From Armatimonadota bacterium (lineage in GTDB: Bacteria; Armatimonadota; DTGP01; DASXUI01), in NCBI GenBank assembly GCA_036504955.1, contig DASXUI010000430.1, forward strand, positions 1-49,789: a stretch of 49,789 nucleotides of DNA. Reading direction: 5' to 3'. Position numbers and translations under genes: made by a program. The notes under the pieces were generated by a model, which did no database searches, was not told the origin of the DNA, and was given only the letters and a program-made list of their open reading frames with translations. Positions 19,801 through 27,492 of the stretch are shown here, in pieces. Each line of letters begins with the position of its first letter. Positions within the stretch are counted from its first letter, which is position 1.

Positions 19801-19861
19801 GCTGGGCAGGCCGGTCACGCGGGGTGAGTTGGCGCTCCTCCTCTTTCGCGCTCGGAACTGA
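16811..19861 (+). CDS. Secreted modular FAD-dependent oxidoreductase (beta-sandwich + FN3 + FAD_oxidored + SLH-like repeats)
   Basis: Signal peptide; LamG/ConA-like region; FN3 (VELSWHAVPGAEGYRVYRG...YRVTAV...ES); YDVVIFGGTPGGVAAAVAAARRG, FIDASYEGDL, YVREARRI and IRLEP of the PF12831-type family; C-terminal PVTRGELALLLFR is SLH-like. Confidence 0.85.
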   Translation: MPCPTARPLPRVCLLIALWLAAQALSAEADRPSPPYALGAGRFGAGATGTAPEGWRVTDGAGKEASGGWVVVEDSAAGASGRAVETRMLAKAPTYLERAFEPTTDDLTLELRVRTQSSTSRRGIGFGVASGAPSVLAHRAAYLAFLGNGTIAAHDGQFFKQVGTYTANTWVSVRVAVSVRLGGMTVWLNGRPATTDLIPLTHGQERVDRVFLTNEGADPEVVRVAGLSLTGTALTSPAPLSAASVGGSSKPAVELSWHAVPGAEGYRVYRGHQRVAEVNPSPRVLPHVTYRDAGVTQDQACSYRVTAVRGDEESLPSWPTPVLVGGTPLPAPSQTRYDVVIFGGTPGGVAAAVAAARRGASVLLLSHNGHVGGMISGGLGQTDLRLRQAASGLFKEMIGRIRDYYLRTYGADSRQYQECGGGYWIEPSVGELTLRRMLAEEPGIHVAFHQRLTAVQTVPLYGNHWASRRVTAVSTSGRDGGTPRRYTGTTFIDASYEGDLAAKAGAEYRVGREGRAEHGEEYAGIIYWDWESGKLVEGTTGEADSRIQAYCYRLTLTNRAANRVPIARPEGYDAAPYGSIAQDVAAGKITGIAQVIYFGKLPNEKYDINNMGKYWPSTDYIEENTAYPSASDSERESMALAHRRWALGLLYYLRNDPGLPEEFRRDALQWGLPADEHQETGNFPEQLYVREARRIVGRALFTENDARSADKNVRAPLHPDGAAVAEYPLDSHATRKREPGHPNQLEGFFYLPFVTRSSQIPFGVLTPKGLDALMVCVATSGTHVGNSTIRLEPIYMALGEVCGTTAARAARLGVPPNFAAPRPLQDDLLSRRAQLTFFNGLKDDDPAWAACQYWGTQGLFPSYDAATSGPIRVDDATEWLFRFLAREKPELWEMPGLDPKMRDPNSPESRAAEGRNGAGTRESPYVAALRDLKVLEDGAAATSDASVSLGEAALWIVKGKQAIGRWRGEPCATAVDAASTLLSRGVLVGTENRTEGELGRPVTRGELALLLFRARN

Positions 19862-19883
19862 GTCAGCGGCCGGAACTACTTGG

Positions 19884-20006
19884 CCACCAAGGCACAAGGG
19901 CACCAGGAAGCGCAGGGAAAGCTCTACCAAAAGCACTCAGTGAGCACAGAGGCTCACAGGCTGAAGGACCGATTCGGCTCCCTTGGTGTCTTGGTGTCTT
20001 GGTGGT
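19884..20006. repeat. Palindromic element with CACCAAGA-type 8-nt units
   Basis: CCACCAAGGCACAAGGGCACCAGG ... CCTTGGTGTCTTGGTGTCTTGGTGG, between convergent genes and overlapping the 3' end of the minus-strand ORF. Confidence 0.8.
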
Positions 20007-22494
20007 GAGGCAGTTCCTGGCCGCAGACTGAGGCCTCCCAGGCGACAAGGCCCACGGGTGCATACAGTAGGCCGGTCGCGGCCGCCAGAACCCCGGCGTC
20101 GTTCACCAGGAAGGCGACGAGCCCGGCGAGCAGGATCGAGGTGAGGCCGATGCCCACCGCGCCCGGGGGCCAGCCCTCCCCGGCAGGGGGACGGGTCCAC
20201 GCCGGCAGGCGCGTCCGGAGCGCTCCTCTCCAGTAGTACAGGGCGCAGGGGAGCAGCGCGAGCTGCATCAGGCGGCTCCAGGGGCTGTACATCAGCAGGC
20301 GCAGGTTGATGGCCCACTTGCGCTGGAAGACCATCAGCAGCTCCCCTACCCCCAGCTCCTGAACCGAGCGCACGAGGCGGCCCACGTGGGTGCTCTGCCC
20401 ACCCCGCGCCAAGTCGGCAAGAACCACCAGCGTCACCACTGCCACCAGGCTGAAGAAGCACCCCAGGATCAGGCGCCGGGTGATGGGCCGGTTCCAGAAG
20501 CGCAGCAGCGCGAAGGAGAAGGCGAGGGAGGCCGTGATCGCGCCGCCGAACTTGGCGCCCCAGGAGGGGCCGGCCAGCACCAGCGCGGTGAGTCCGAACA
20601 GCGCCGCGGCGACCCATCGCCAGGGCGTGGGCCTTACCTCGGGCCCTCCACGTCGAGAGCCCCGTGCCACCAGCACTGACGCCGCCAGCAGCGCGGCCGC
20701 GATCAGGCAGCCCATGAACTCGTTGCCAATTCCGTAGTACCGAGCGCCCTCCATCACGGAGTAGCTGAGGATGGTGTAAGGCATCGCCTGGAAGCCGCGC
20801 AATCCATCGGCGATCGTTCCAACCACCAAGAGTGACGCCAGCACCAGCACTCCCGCAAGGGGCACGCGCGTCCACCTCTCCAGCACTCCCGCTAGAGCGG
20901 CGAGCCCTATCGCTCCCGTGACAAGGAGGGCGGAGTAGCCTGCCACGCTCAGCGCCGGCAGGCCGCCCCCTGCGAGCACGACCACCGGCAGGGCCAGTAG
21001 CACGAGCCCCAGTGCGCGCCCGGCACGGGTCACCCATCGGTATCCACCGAAGAGCGCCCACAGCGCCAGCAGAACCATCCCCCAGCGCCACGTCTCCAGT
21101 ACCCAGCGTAGAGCCCGCCGCCGTTGGACCTCTACCGCCACCAGCCGGCCGTGGAGGCCCTGCGCCGCCGGGACCGCCCCTTTCACGGGCTGAGCCACCA
21201 TGGGCCGCCCCACGATGGTTGGGTCCTCCCCAAGCCCCAGCACAGAGGCGATGGTGGGCGCCACGTCGGTGTTGGCGACGATACCCCGCCGCCGCGTCGT
21301 TGGCGATGTCAGCAGCGCGCCCCCTCCCACGGGACCCGCGACGGCCGCGACTGGAGGTCCCGCGAGTGAAGGGCGGGCACCCTGCAAGGGCGGGGGCAGA
21401 GGCGCTCCCCCGCGGGCCCCGGGCCCACTGGCGGCTCTCTGGAGTAATGAGGCTGGTGACGCCACGACCGGGGCAAGGAGGTCGAATCCCGTGCGTGACT
21501 CCCTGCCCGGATGCGGGGAGACCAGCAGCAGCAGGTCGGATTCAGGACGCAACACCCGACGAAGCTGGCCCAGCAGCCGGTCTAGGTCGGTCAGCATGCG
21601 TGCCCGAGCGTCCAGATACCGGGTGTCCGTCATCCATCGGCGGTAGTCGTCCAACCTCGCGGCATCGCCCCAATCAATGACGATGAGCCCCACCTTCGGG
21701 CCTGCCGCCCGGCGGACAGACTCGGCGAGAGCCCGCACGGAGGTCTCGCGCCCGAAGGGGGCGGCGGCGCGATACCGCGTGGCGAAGGACGGCGCCGGCA
21801 ACTCCTGCCCCACTCCAGGGGCCGCGCCCACGATCCCAAGACGATCCATGGCAACCATGGCCGCCTCGCGGTGGGGCTCCTCGGGCCGGTCGGCGTCCCC
21901 CAGCACCACCGCCTGCAGCCCTGCTGCCCGCAGAAGCTGCCCAAGAGCTCCTGGGTGGGCGGTGTAGCCGATCCCGGTGTTGGCCTCCTCCAGGTGCAGG
22001 GGGTTGAGCTGCAGGACCTGGCAGGCCTCCGGCGAGAGCAGGTTCCGCCGCAGATACACCTCGGAAGCGGGGCCGCTCTCCCACTGCTCGTCGGGCGAGA
22101 AGGCACCGCCGCTCACCAGCCCGGCCACGCACCGCGTCCCGGCGCCCAGAGTCAGGTAGGCGCTGGCACGCTGAGGGTCAGCGGTAAGGCGCTCGGCCTC
22201 TTGAGGCGTGTAGCGGGAGGGGATGGCGCGGGTGTTCATCAGCCCCAGCGCCCCTCGGTCCCGCCACCACCGCAGGTTGGGCAGCCCCTTGGCCTCCACC
22301 ACTTCCGTGAAGGTGAGGGTCGGCACCAGCAGGAGAAAGCACCGTGTCCTGAGCGGGGCCGGCTTCGGCGATTGGGCGCGGCACTCGGGCGCGCTGATTG
22401 CACCGAGACACAGAAGCGGCAGGGCGAGCCATCGAGCCCAGACGGCTCGTGCTCCGTACACCCATGGAAGCCCCCCAGACCCTACCCTACACAT
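19954..22494 (-). CDS. Large membrane protein: extracytoplasmic alkaline-phosphatase-fold-like domain plus a multi-TM domain
   Basis: Signal/TM, soluble domain ending LLTSPTTRRRGIVANTDVAPTI, then about 10 TM helices with GARYYGIGNE, GAKFGG, THVGR, RKWAIN and LVNDAGV motifs. Start (ATG 22494 or 22515) overlaps the GT4 stop. Confidence 0.7.
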   Translation of the reverse strand: MCRVGSGGLPWVYGARAVWARWLALPLLCLGAISAPECRAQSPKPAPLRTRCFLLLVPTLTFTEVVEAKGLPNLRWWRDRGALGLMNTRAIPSRYTPQEAERLTADPQRASAYLTLGAGTRCVAGLVSGGAFSPDEQWESGPASEVYLRRNLLSPEACQVLQLNPLHLEEANTGIGYTAHPGALGQLLRAAGLQAVVLGDADRPEEPHREAAMVAMDRLGIVGAAPGVGQELPAPSFATRYRAAAPFGRETSVRALAESVRRAAGPKVGLIVIDWGDAARLDDYRRWMTDTRYLDARARMLTDLDRLLGQLRRVLRPESDLLLLVSPHPGRESRTGFDLLAPVVASPASLLQRAASGPGARGGAPLPPPLQGARPSLAGPPVAAVAGPVGGGALLTSPTTRRRGIVANTDVAPTIASVLGLGEDPTIVGRPMVAQPVKGAVPAAQGLHGRLVAVEVQRRRALRWVLETWRWGMVLLALWALFGGYRWVTRAGRALGLVLLALPVVVLAGGGLPALSVAGYSALLVTGAIGLAALAGVLERWTRVPLAGVLVLASLLVVGTIADGLRGFQAMPYTILSYSVMEGARYYGIGNEFMGCLIAAALLAASVLVARGSRRGGPEVRPTPWRWVAAALFGLTALVLAGPSWGAKFGGAITASLAFSFALLRFWNRPITRRLILGCFFSLVAVVTLVVLADLARGGQSTHVGRLVRSVQELGVGELLMVFQRKWAINLRLLMYSPWSRLMQLALLPCALYYWRGALRTRLPAWTRPPAGEGWPPGAVGIGLTSILLAGLVAFLVNDAGVLAAATGLLYAPVGLVAWEASVCGQELPHHQDTKTPREPNRSFSL

Positions 22495-23662
22495 TGGCCG
22501 CTCCCAGCACCTCATGGTAGAGCGCCAGCGTCGCGTCCACCATTCCCGACTCCGTACGCTCCTCCAGCACGAACCTCCGTGCGGCCTCCGCGAGCCCTGA
22601 CCGTCGGTCGGGGTCCACCAGAAGCGCCATCACCGCTTCCGCGAGGGCCGAGGGGTCCTCTGGCGGCACGAGCACCCCGGTCTCGCCGTCTCGGATGCTC
22701 TCGACGATCCCGCCAACCGCCGATGCCACCACCGGCAGCCCGGCGGCCATCGCTTCAAGAATCACCAGGGACTGGCCCTCGGCCCGCGAGGGGGCCAGCA
22801 TCAGGTCCGCCGCCGCCAGCAGGGGACGTAGCTCCTTCTCCCACCCAACGAACGACACCCGACTCTGGACTGCAAGGGACTGAGACAACTCCTCCAGCAT
22901 CGCGCGGTCGGGACCGTCACCGGCTATCATGAGGCGCGGCCGAGGGTGGGGCCAGCCGGCCAGCGCGCGCAGGGCGACATCGACCCCCTTGTTCGCCATG
23001 AGGCGCCCCACCAGGAGCAGCACGGGCTCGTCGGCCCCAAGGCCAAGCCGCGTCCGAGCGTCCACACGGGCGGGCAGGCCCTCGGGAGGCTGGATCCCGT
23101 TCGGGATCACCCTCCACCGGTAGGGCAGCGCCGGGAGGTCCCCAGCAGGTCGCCCGACCCTCGGCGGAGCCAGGGAGAGCGCGACGCTATCCAGCGTGGC
23201 CCGTGAGATACCGATGACGCCGGAGCTCTGCCGTACGATGCGCCGAACCGCCGCGCTCGCCAGCCGGCCCGGGCTCCTGGGAAAGAGGTTGTGAAGCGTC
23301 ACGATGAGTGGGCGCCCCTGGCGGTTCGCCAGGCTGGCGATCCAGGCCGCCCGGTACCCGTGGGCATGCACTAGAGAGGGAGCGGCTTTGGCGATCAACC
23401 CCGAGAGTCGGTGTGCGGCCGCGAGATCCGCCAGGGGGCTAGGGCGATCGCGGATCTCCAGGACATCCCCAGCGACACCCAGGTCCTCCACGAGCGTCTG
23501 GGGCCCGGCCAGGCGGCAGTCGCAGCCCAGCCCAGGAAGGCCTCCAAACAGGGAGCGTAGGTGGACCACCATGCCGCCGCCCGCAGGCCGCGCGACGTGC
23601 AGCACGGACATCCGTGGGGTATCAAGAGGGGGAGCCAGAGTGGGGCGAGAGGGCGAAGTCAT
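22487..23662 (-). CDS. Glycosyltransferase family 4
   Basis: VLHVARPAGGGM, VHAHG, VTLHN, VIPNGI, VGRL..NKG, IAGDGP, PSRAEGQSLVILEAMAAGLPVVAS.VGG. Start at 23662 or 23611. Confidence 0.93.
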   Translation of the reverse strand: MTSPSRPTLAPPLDTPRMSVLHVARPAGGGMVVHLRSLFGGLPGLGCDCRLAGPQTLVEDLGVAGDVLEIRDRPSPLADLAAAHRLSGLIAKAAPSLVHAHGYRAAWIASLANRQGRPLIVTLHNLFPRSPGRLASAAVRRIVRQSSGVIGISRATLDSVALSLAPPRVGRPAGDLPALPYRWRVIPNGIQPPEGLPARVDARTRLGLGADEPVLLLVGRLMANKGVDVALRALAGWPHPRPRLMIAGDGPDRAMLEELSQSLAVQSRVSFVGWEKELRPLLAAADLMLAPSRAEGQSLVILEAMAAGLPVVASAVGGIVESIRDGETGVLVPPEDPSALAEAVMALLVDPDRRSGLAEAARRFVLEERTESGMVDATLALYHEVLGAANV

Positions 23663-23746
23663 CCGAAGGTGACATTTCGCCGCGCAACGCCGCCCCCCTG
23701 CCAGTCGCGTGGGTGCATGGGCCCTTGTCAGCGGGCTAAGCACCAT

Positions 23747-23893
23747 CACCACCAAGACACCAAGAAGGGCCTGAGGAGGTGAAGAGGTGAGGGGGTGAAA
23801 GAGCCTCAGCGCGCGGAGTGATCCACTGACCCGGGGGTCTGGGGCCCTTGCACCCCCTCATGCTCTTCTCTGTGCTCTCTGTGCCTCTGTGGT
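23747..23893. repeat. Composite modular element carrying three different repeat units
   Basis: CACCACCAAGACACCAAG + AAGGGCCTGAG + GAGGTGAA/GGGGGTGA units + AAGAGCCTCAG ... GGCCCTT-CCCCCTCA + CTCTGTGCTCTCTGTGCCTCTGTGGT. Confidence 0.85.
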
Positions 23894-23912
23894 AGGGTCT
23901 TCCTGCCCGTCC

Positions 23913-23942
23913 TTGTCCGGCGGCGTCGGCGGGTGGTAGAAT
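23913..23942 (+). promoter_or_regulatory. Sigma70-type promoter for maf-mpg
   Basis: TTGTCC-N18-TAGAAT with an extended -10 TG, 17 nt before the maf ATG. Confidence 0.6.
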
Positions 23943-23959
23943 TCGGTCTCGGAGGGCGC

Positions 23960-24559
23960 ATGGACACGAGCACGAAGCAACTGGTACTGGCATCCGCGTC
24001 GCCACGCCGCAGGGACCTGCTGGGAATTCTGGGCATCCCCTTCGACGTGGTCCCCAGCGACGTGAACGAGGACGTCTCGGAAGCCGCCGCGACCCCAGGT
24101 GCCTTCGTCCGCGCCGCCGCCATGCTCAAGGCGGAGGAAGTCGCCCGCACGACCCGCACCGGAGTGGTGCTCGGGGCCGATACCATCGTCCACGTGGACG
24201 GTGAGATACTGGGGAAGCCAACCAGCCTCGCCGACGCCGCCCGGATGCTCCGGCGCCTATCCGGCCGGACCCATCAGGTGCTTACTGGCGTTGCCGTCAT
24301 CGAGATGCTCGGGGGCAGGCCCATCGGCCGCTTCGAGGACCACGTGGAGACCGACGTCCGCTTCCGCAAGCTCTCACCCGAGATCATTGCCGCCTACCTG
24401 GACACCGGCGAGCCGATGGACAAGGCCGGCGCCTACGGCATCCAGGAGAAGGGCTCCCTGCTGGTCGACGGCATCGTGGGCTGCTTCTACAACGTGGTCG
24501 GCCTGCCCCTGTCCCGCGTCGCCGAGATGCTGGAGGTCGTGGGGCTGAAAGCCCTGTGA
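23960..24559 (+). CDS. maf: Maf family dTTP/UTP pyrophosphatase
   Basis: LVLASASPRRRDLL, GADTIV, ILGKP, LSGRTHQV.TGV, DKAGAYGIQ and NVVGLP. GGAGG RBS before ATG 23960. Confidence 0.96.
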   Translation: MDTSTKQLVLASASPRRRDLLGILGIPFDVVPSDVNEDVSEAAATPGAFVRAAAMLKAEEVARTTRTGVVLGADTIVHVDGEILGKPTSLADAARMLRRLSGRTHQVLTGVAVIEMLGGRPIGRFEDHVETDVRFRKLSPEIIAAYLDTGEPMDKAGAYGIQEKGSLLVDGIVGCFYNVVGLPLSRVAEMLEVVGLKAL

Positions 24560-25161
24560 CGTCCCGTACCCCTCTTCCGCCGGCCTTCTACCTTCGCCCC
24601 ACCCTCGCGGTCGCTACCGACCTGCTCGGGAAGGTGCTCCTGCACGAGACGGAGTCAGGCTTGCTTGCCGGTCGCATCGTCGAGACTGAAGCCTACCTCT
24701 CCGACGACCCCGCCTGCCACGCCTTTCGAGGATGCACCAGGCGGAACGCCACCATGTTCGGCCCCCACGGCCGCGCCTACGTCTACAAGGTCCACATGCA
24801 GGCGTGTTTCAACGCGGTCACCGGACCGGAGGGCCTGGGGGAGGCTGTGCTGGTGCGCGCGCTGGAGCCACTGGAAGGGCTGGAGGAGATGCTGCGTCGC
24901 CGGGGCGTGGAGTCGCCCCTGCAGGCGGCCAGCGGCCCTGGAAAGCTGACTCAGGCGCTCGGAATCGCCCTGTCGGACAACGGCCTGGACCTGACCGCCA
25001 GCGCCCTACGCATCGAGGACTGGGGCTTCCCGGTCCCTCCCTACGGTCGCTCCCCCCGCATCGGCATCAGCCAAGCCGTGGATGAGCTCTACCGCTTCTA
25101 CGAGCGAGACAGCCCCTTCCTGAGCCGGAGGAGGGTGAAGGGTGAAGAGGTGAGGAGGTGA
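24556..25161 (+). CDS. mpg: DNA-3-methyladenine glycosylase (MPG/Aag family)
   Basis: LLGK.L, GRIVETEAY...DPACH, MFGP.G.AYVY, AVLVRALEP, GPGKLTQALGI and PRIGIS. GTGA overlap with maf. Confidence 0.95.
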   Translation: MTSRTPLPPAFYLRPTLAVATDLLGKVLLHETESGLLAGRIVETEAYLSDDPACHAFRGCTRRNATMFGPHGRAYVYKVHMQACFNAVTGPEGLGEAVLVRALEPLEGLEEMLRRRGVESPLQAASGPGKLTQALGIALSDNGLDLTASALRIEDWGFPVPPYGRSPRIGISQAVDELYRFYERDSPFLSRRRVKGEEVRR

Positions 25162-25258
25162 AGAGGTGAGTGGGCCTCAGCATAGGGATCCGAGCGTGCA
25201 CAGGCCTGCTTCTGAGGCCCTTTCGCCTCTTCACCTCCTCACCTCTTCAGTCACCTCA
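25128..25258. repeat. Modular palindromic element with GAGGTGAA 8-nt units
   Basis: GAGGTGA(A/G) units + GGGCCTCAG + 36-nt core + GCCCTT + CCTCTTCA/CCTCCTCA units, between convergent mpg and purA. Confidence 0.88.
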
Positions 25259-25263
25259 TTCCC

Positions 25264-26580
25264 TTAGGCTGCCGCCTGTATGGGCTCCTCGGTGCCGGTC
25301 ATCGGGTCCCGCAGCACGAGGGTCTGCTCGCGGTCGGGGCCGATGGAGATGAGGTCAAGGGACACGCCCACTAGCTCGGAGACGCGCTTCACGTAGGAGC
25401 GCGCGTTGTGTGGCAGGTCACGCCATTGCCGAGCACCGGTGATGTCCTGGGTCCAGCCGGGGAACTCCTCGTAGATGGGCTCTGCTCGCGCCAGCAGCGA
25501 GTGGTCGGAAGGCATGTTGGTGGTCTTGCGGCCGTCCAGCATGTAGGCCACGGCGACCTTCACCGTGGGCAGCCCCGTCAGCACGTCCAGCGACATCACC
25601 GAGAGACCGTCCAGGCTGTTGGCCTTGGCGGAGAACCGCAGAAGCACGGTGTCCAGCCAGCCGCAGCGCCTGGGACGTCCGGTGGTGGTGCCGTACTCGT
25701 TGCCCTGCTTGCGGATTCGGTCGCCCGTCTCGCACAGCAGCTCGGTGGGGAAGGGTCCGTCACCTACCCGGGTGGTGTAAGCCTTGACCACGCCCACCAC
25801 GCGGCTGATGGAGCGCGGGCCGATGCCGGTGCCCAGGCAGGCGCCGCCGGCAACCGGGTGGCTGGACGTGACGAACGGGTAGGTCCCGTAGTCGATGTCC
25901 AGCAGCATTCCCTGGGCGCCCTCGAAGACCACCCTCTGGTTGGTCTCCACCGCGCGGATGACGATCTCCCGGGTGTCGGCGACGAAGGACCGCAGGCGCT
26001 CGCCGGCGGCCAGGTACTGCTGAAGCAGACCCTCCACGTCTAGCGGCTCCGCGCCGAAGACCTTGGTCAGAAGCTCGTTCTTCTCAGCCATGAAGTGGCG
26101 GAAGCGGTCGGTGAAGCGCTCGGGGTCCACCAGGTCGCCCACGCGAAGGCCGGTTCGGGCCGCCTTGTCCGCGTAAGCGGGGCCGACGCCCCGGCCGGTG
26201 GTGCCGATCTTGAAGGCGCCGCGTCGGGCCTCCTCAAGGCGGTCCTGCTGCCTGTGGCACTCCAGCACCAGATGGGCGTTGGGGCTCAGCTTGAGGTTGC
26301 TGACGTCGATGCCGCGAGAGGCAAGGCCGTCGATCTCTCCGATGAGCTCCAGGGGCTCGATGACCACCCCATCAGCGATCACGCAGACGGCGCGGGGGTT
26401 GAAGATGCCGGAGGGTACCAGGTGCTGCGCGAAGACCTGGCCCCCAAAGAGGACTCGGTGCCCCGCGTTGGGCCCGCCGTTGAAGCGAACGGCGACATCC
26501 GCGCGCTGGGAGAGCAGGTCCACCACCTTACCCTTGGCTTCATCGCCCCACTGGGCGCCCACCACCACTACCGCTGGCAT
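25264..26580 (-). CDS. purA: Adenylosuccinate synthetase
   Basis: GAQWGDEAKGK, GGPNAGH, IGTTGRGVGPAYADK, FEGAQG.LLDIDYGTYPFVTSS and EYGTTTGRPRRCGWLD. Confidence 0.98.
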   Translation of the reverse strand: MPAVVVVGAQWGDEAKGKVVDLLSQRADVAVRFNGGPNAGHRVLFGGQVFAQHLVPSGIFNPRAVCVIADGVVIEPLELIGEIDGLASRGIDVSNLKLSPNAHLVLECHRQQDRLEEARRGAFKIGTTGRGVGPAYADKAARTGLRVGDLVDPERFTDRFRHFMAEKNELLTKVFGAEPLDVEGLLQQYLAAGERLRSFVADTREIVIRAVETNQRVVFEGAQGMLLDIDYGTYPFVTSSHPVAGGACLGTGIGPRSISRVVGVVKAYTTRVGDGPFPTELLCETGDRIRKQGNEYGTTTGRPRRCGWLDTVLLRFSAKANSLDGLSVMSLDVLTGLPTVKVAVAYMLDGRKTTNMPSDHSLLARAEPIYEEFPGWTQDITGARQWRDLPHNARSYVKRVSELVGVSLDLISIGPDREQTLVLRDPMTGTEEPIQAAA

Positions 26581-26789
26581 TGTTGTTCCTCCGACCGATG
26601 GGTCCTATCACGGTCGCTGCCGCGTCACCACACCGGCCCGACTGGCACCACCCTCCGCCAGGCATGGCTTGGCGAGGGACGGGCGTCATCCCCCTCCCCT
26701 CGGGTCCCACGCCAGGGCAGTGCTTGCCGCCCCCAGAGGGGCAGGCTCGCACCATCACCCTAGCAGGGAAGGGAGCGATTGGGTCACAC

Positions 26790-26824
26790 AAAAAAAGAGG
26801 ATGGAGGGCGAGAGCCTTCCAACC
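26790..26824 (-). terminator. Terminator-like hairpin + T7 in the purA upstream region
   Basis: Minus strand GGTTGGAAGGC-TCTC-GCCCTCCATCC-TC-TTTTTTT. Confidence 0.65.
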
Positions 26825-26830
26825 TGATCC

Positions 26831-26859
26831 ACTCTACCACAAGCGAGCGTTCGGGTCAA
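26831..26859 (-). promoter_or_regulatory. Sigma70-type promoter pointing toward purA
   Basis: Minus strand TTGACC-N17-TAGAGT with an extended -10 TG. Confidence 0.55.
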
Positions 26860-27443
26860 GCTCCGGGTAGGCCCTTTGCCGCTGCGGAACCACCGCCGGT
26901 AGCCTCCAGTTGGGTGAGGCGCGCTAGTGAACCTCTCCCGCGCCGAGCACCAGCAGCCTGTGGGATGCCCCATGGTGCGCAGGCCGCATGCCGCTACTGC
27001 TCCCACGCTGCGTAGACGGCAGCGCTGCCCTCCGCGCCAGAACAGCCTCATACATGGGTGCCCCCGCCCCCCACAGCCTGCGACCTCGGCAGCAACGATC
27101 CGGCTGCTCCACCTCCAGACACCCCAGGGCTAAGCTGCGATCATCGGCTCGCATATCCTCGACTGCTACTCCCTGCGGGCAGCCCCTCTCCTCTACTACG
27201 CAATCTACTGGGCTCCCCAGCGCAACGGGAGCCTGGTGCTCCCCGACCATGTAGCTTGAACCACAGCCGGGTGAACCACAGGCTCGTGATTCCTTGCTCG
27301 GCACCACCTTCGCAGACTGGCTGCTGGCCTGGAGACCGCCTCCAGCACCCGTCGGTCCCAGGGCTACCAGCCCCGGACCGGGGCCCTCGGAGCCCCCTGC
27401 GGAAGGCCGCCCTGGCCACCTCTGTGCCGCTGGCCCCCACCCT

Positions 27444-27488
27444 CTGAGGCCCCTTAACGACCCAACGACCTCACGACCCAACGACCCA
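27444..27488. repeat. Single-arm modular element with GGGTCGTT 8-nt units (minus strand)
   Basis: CTGAGGCCCCTT + (A/C)ACGACC(C/T) x4; the reverse complement matches 49706-49750. Confidence 0.8.
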
Positions 27489-27492
27489 TCCC

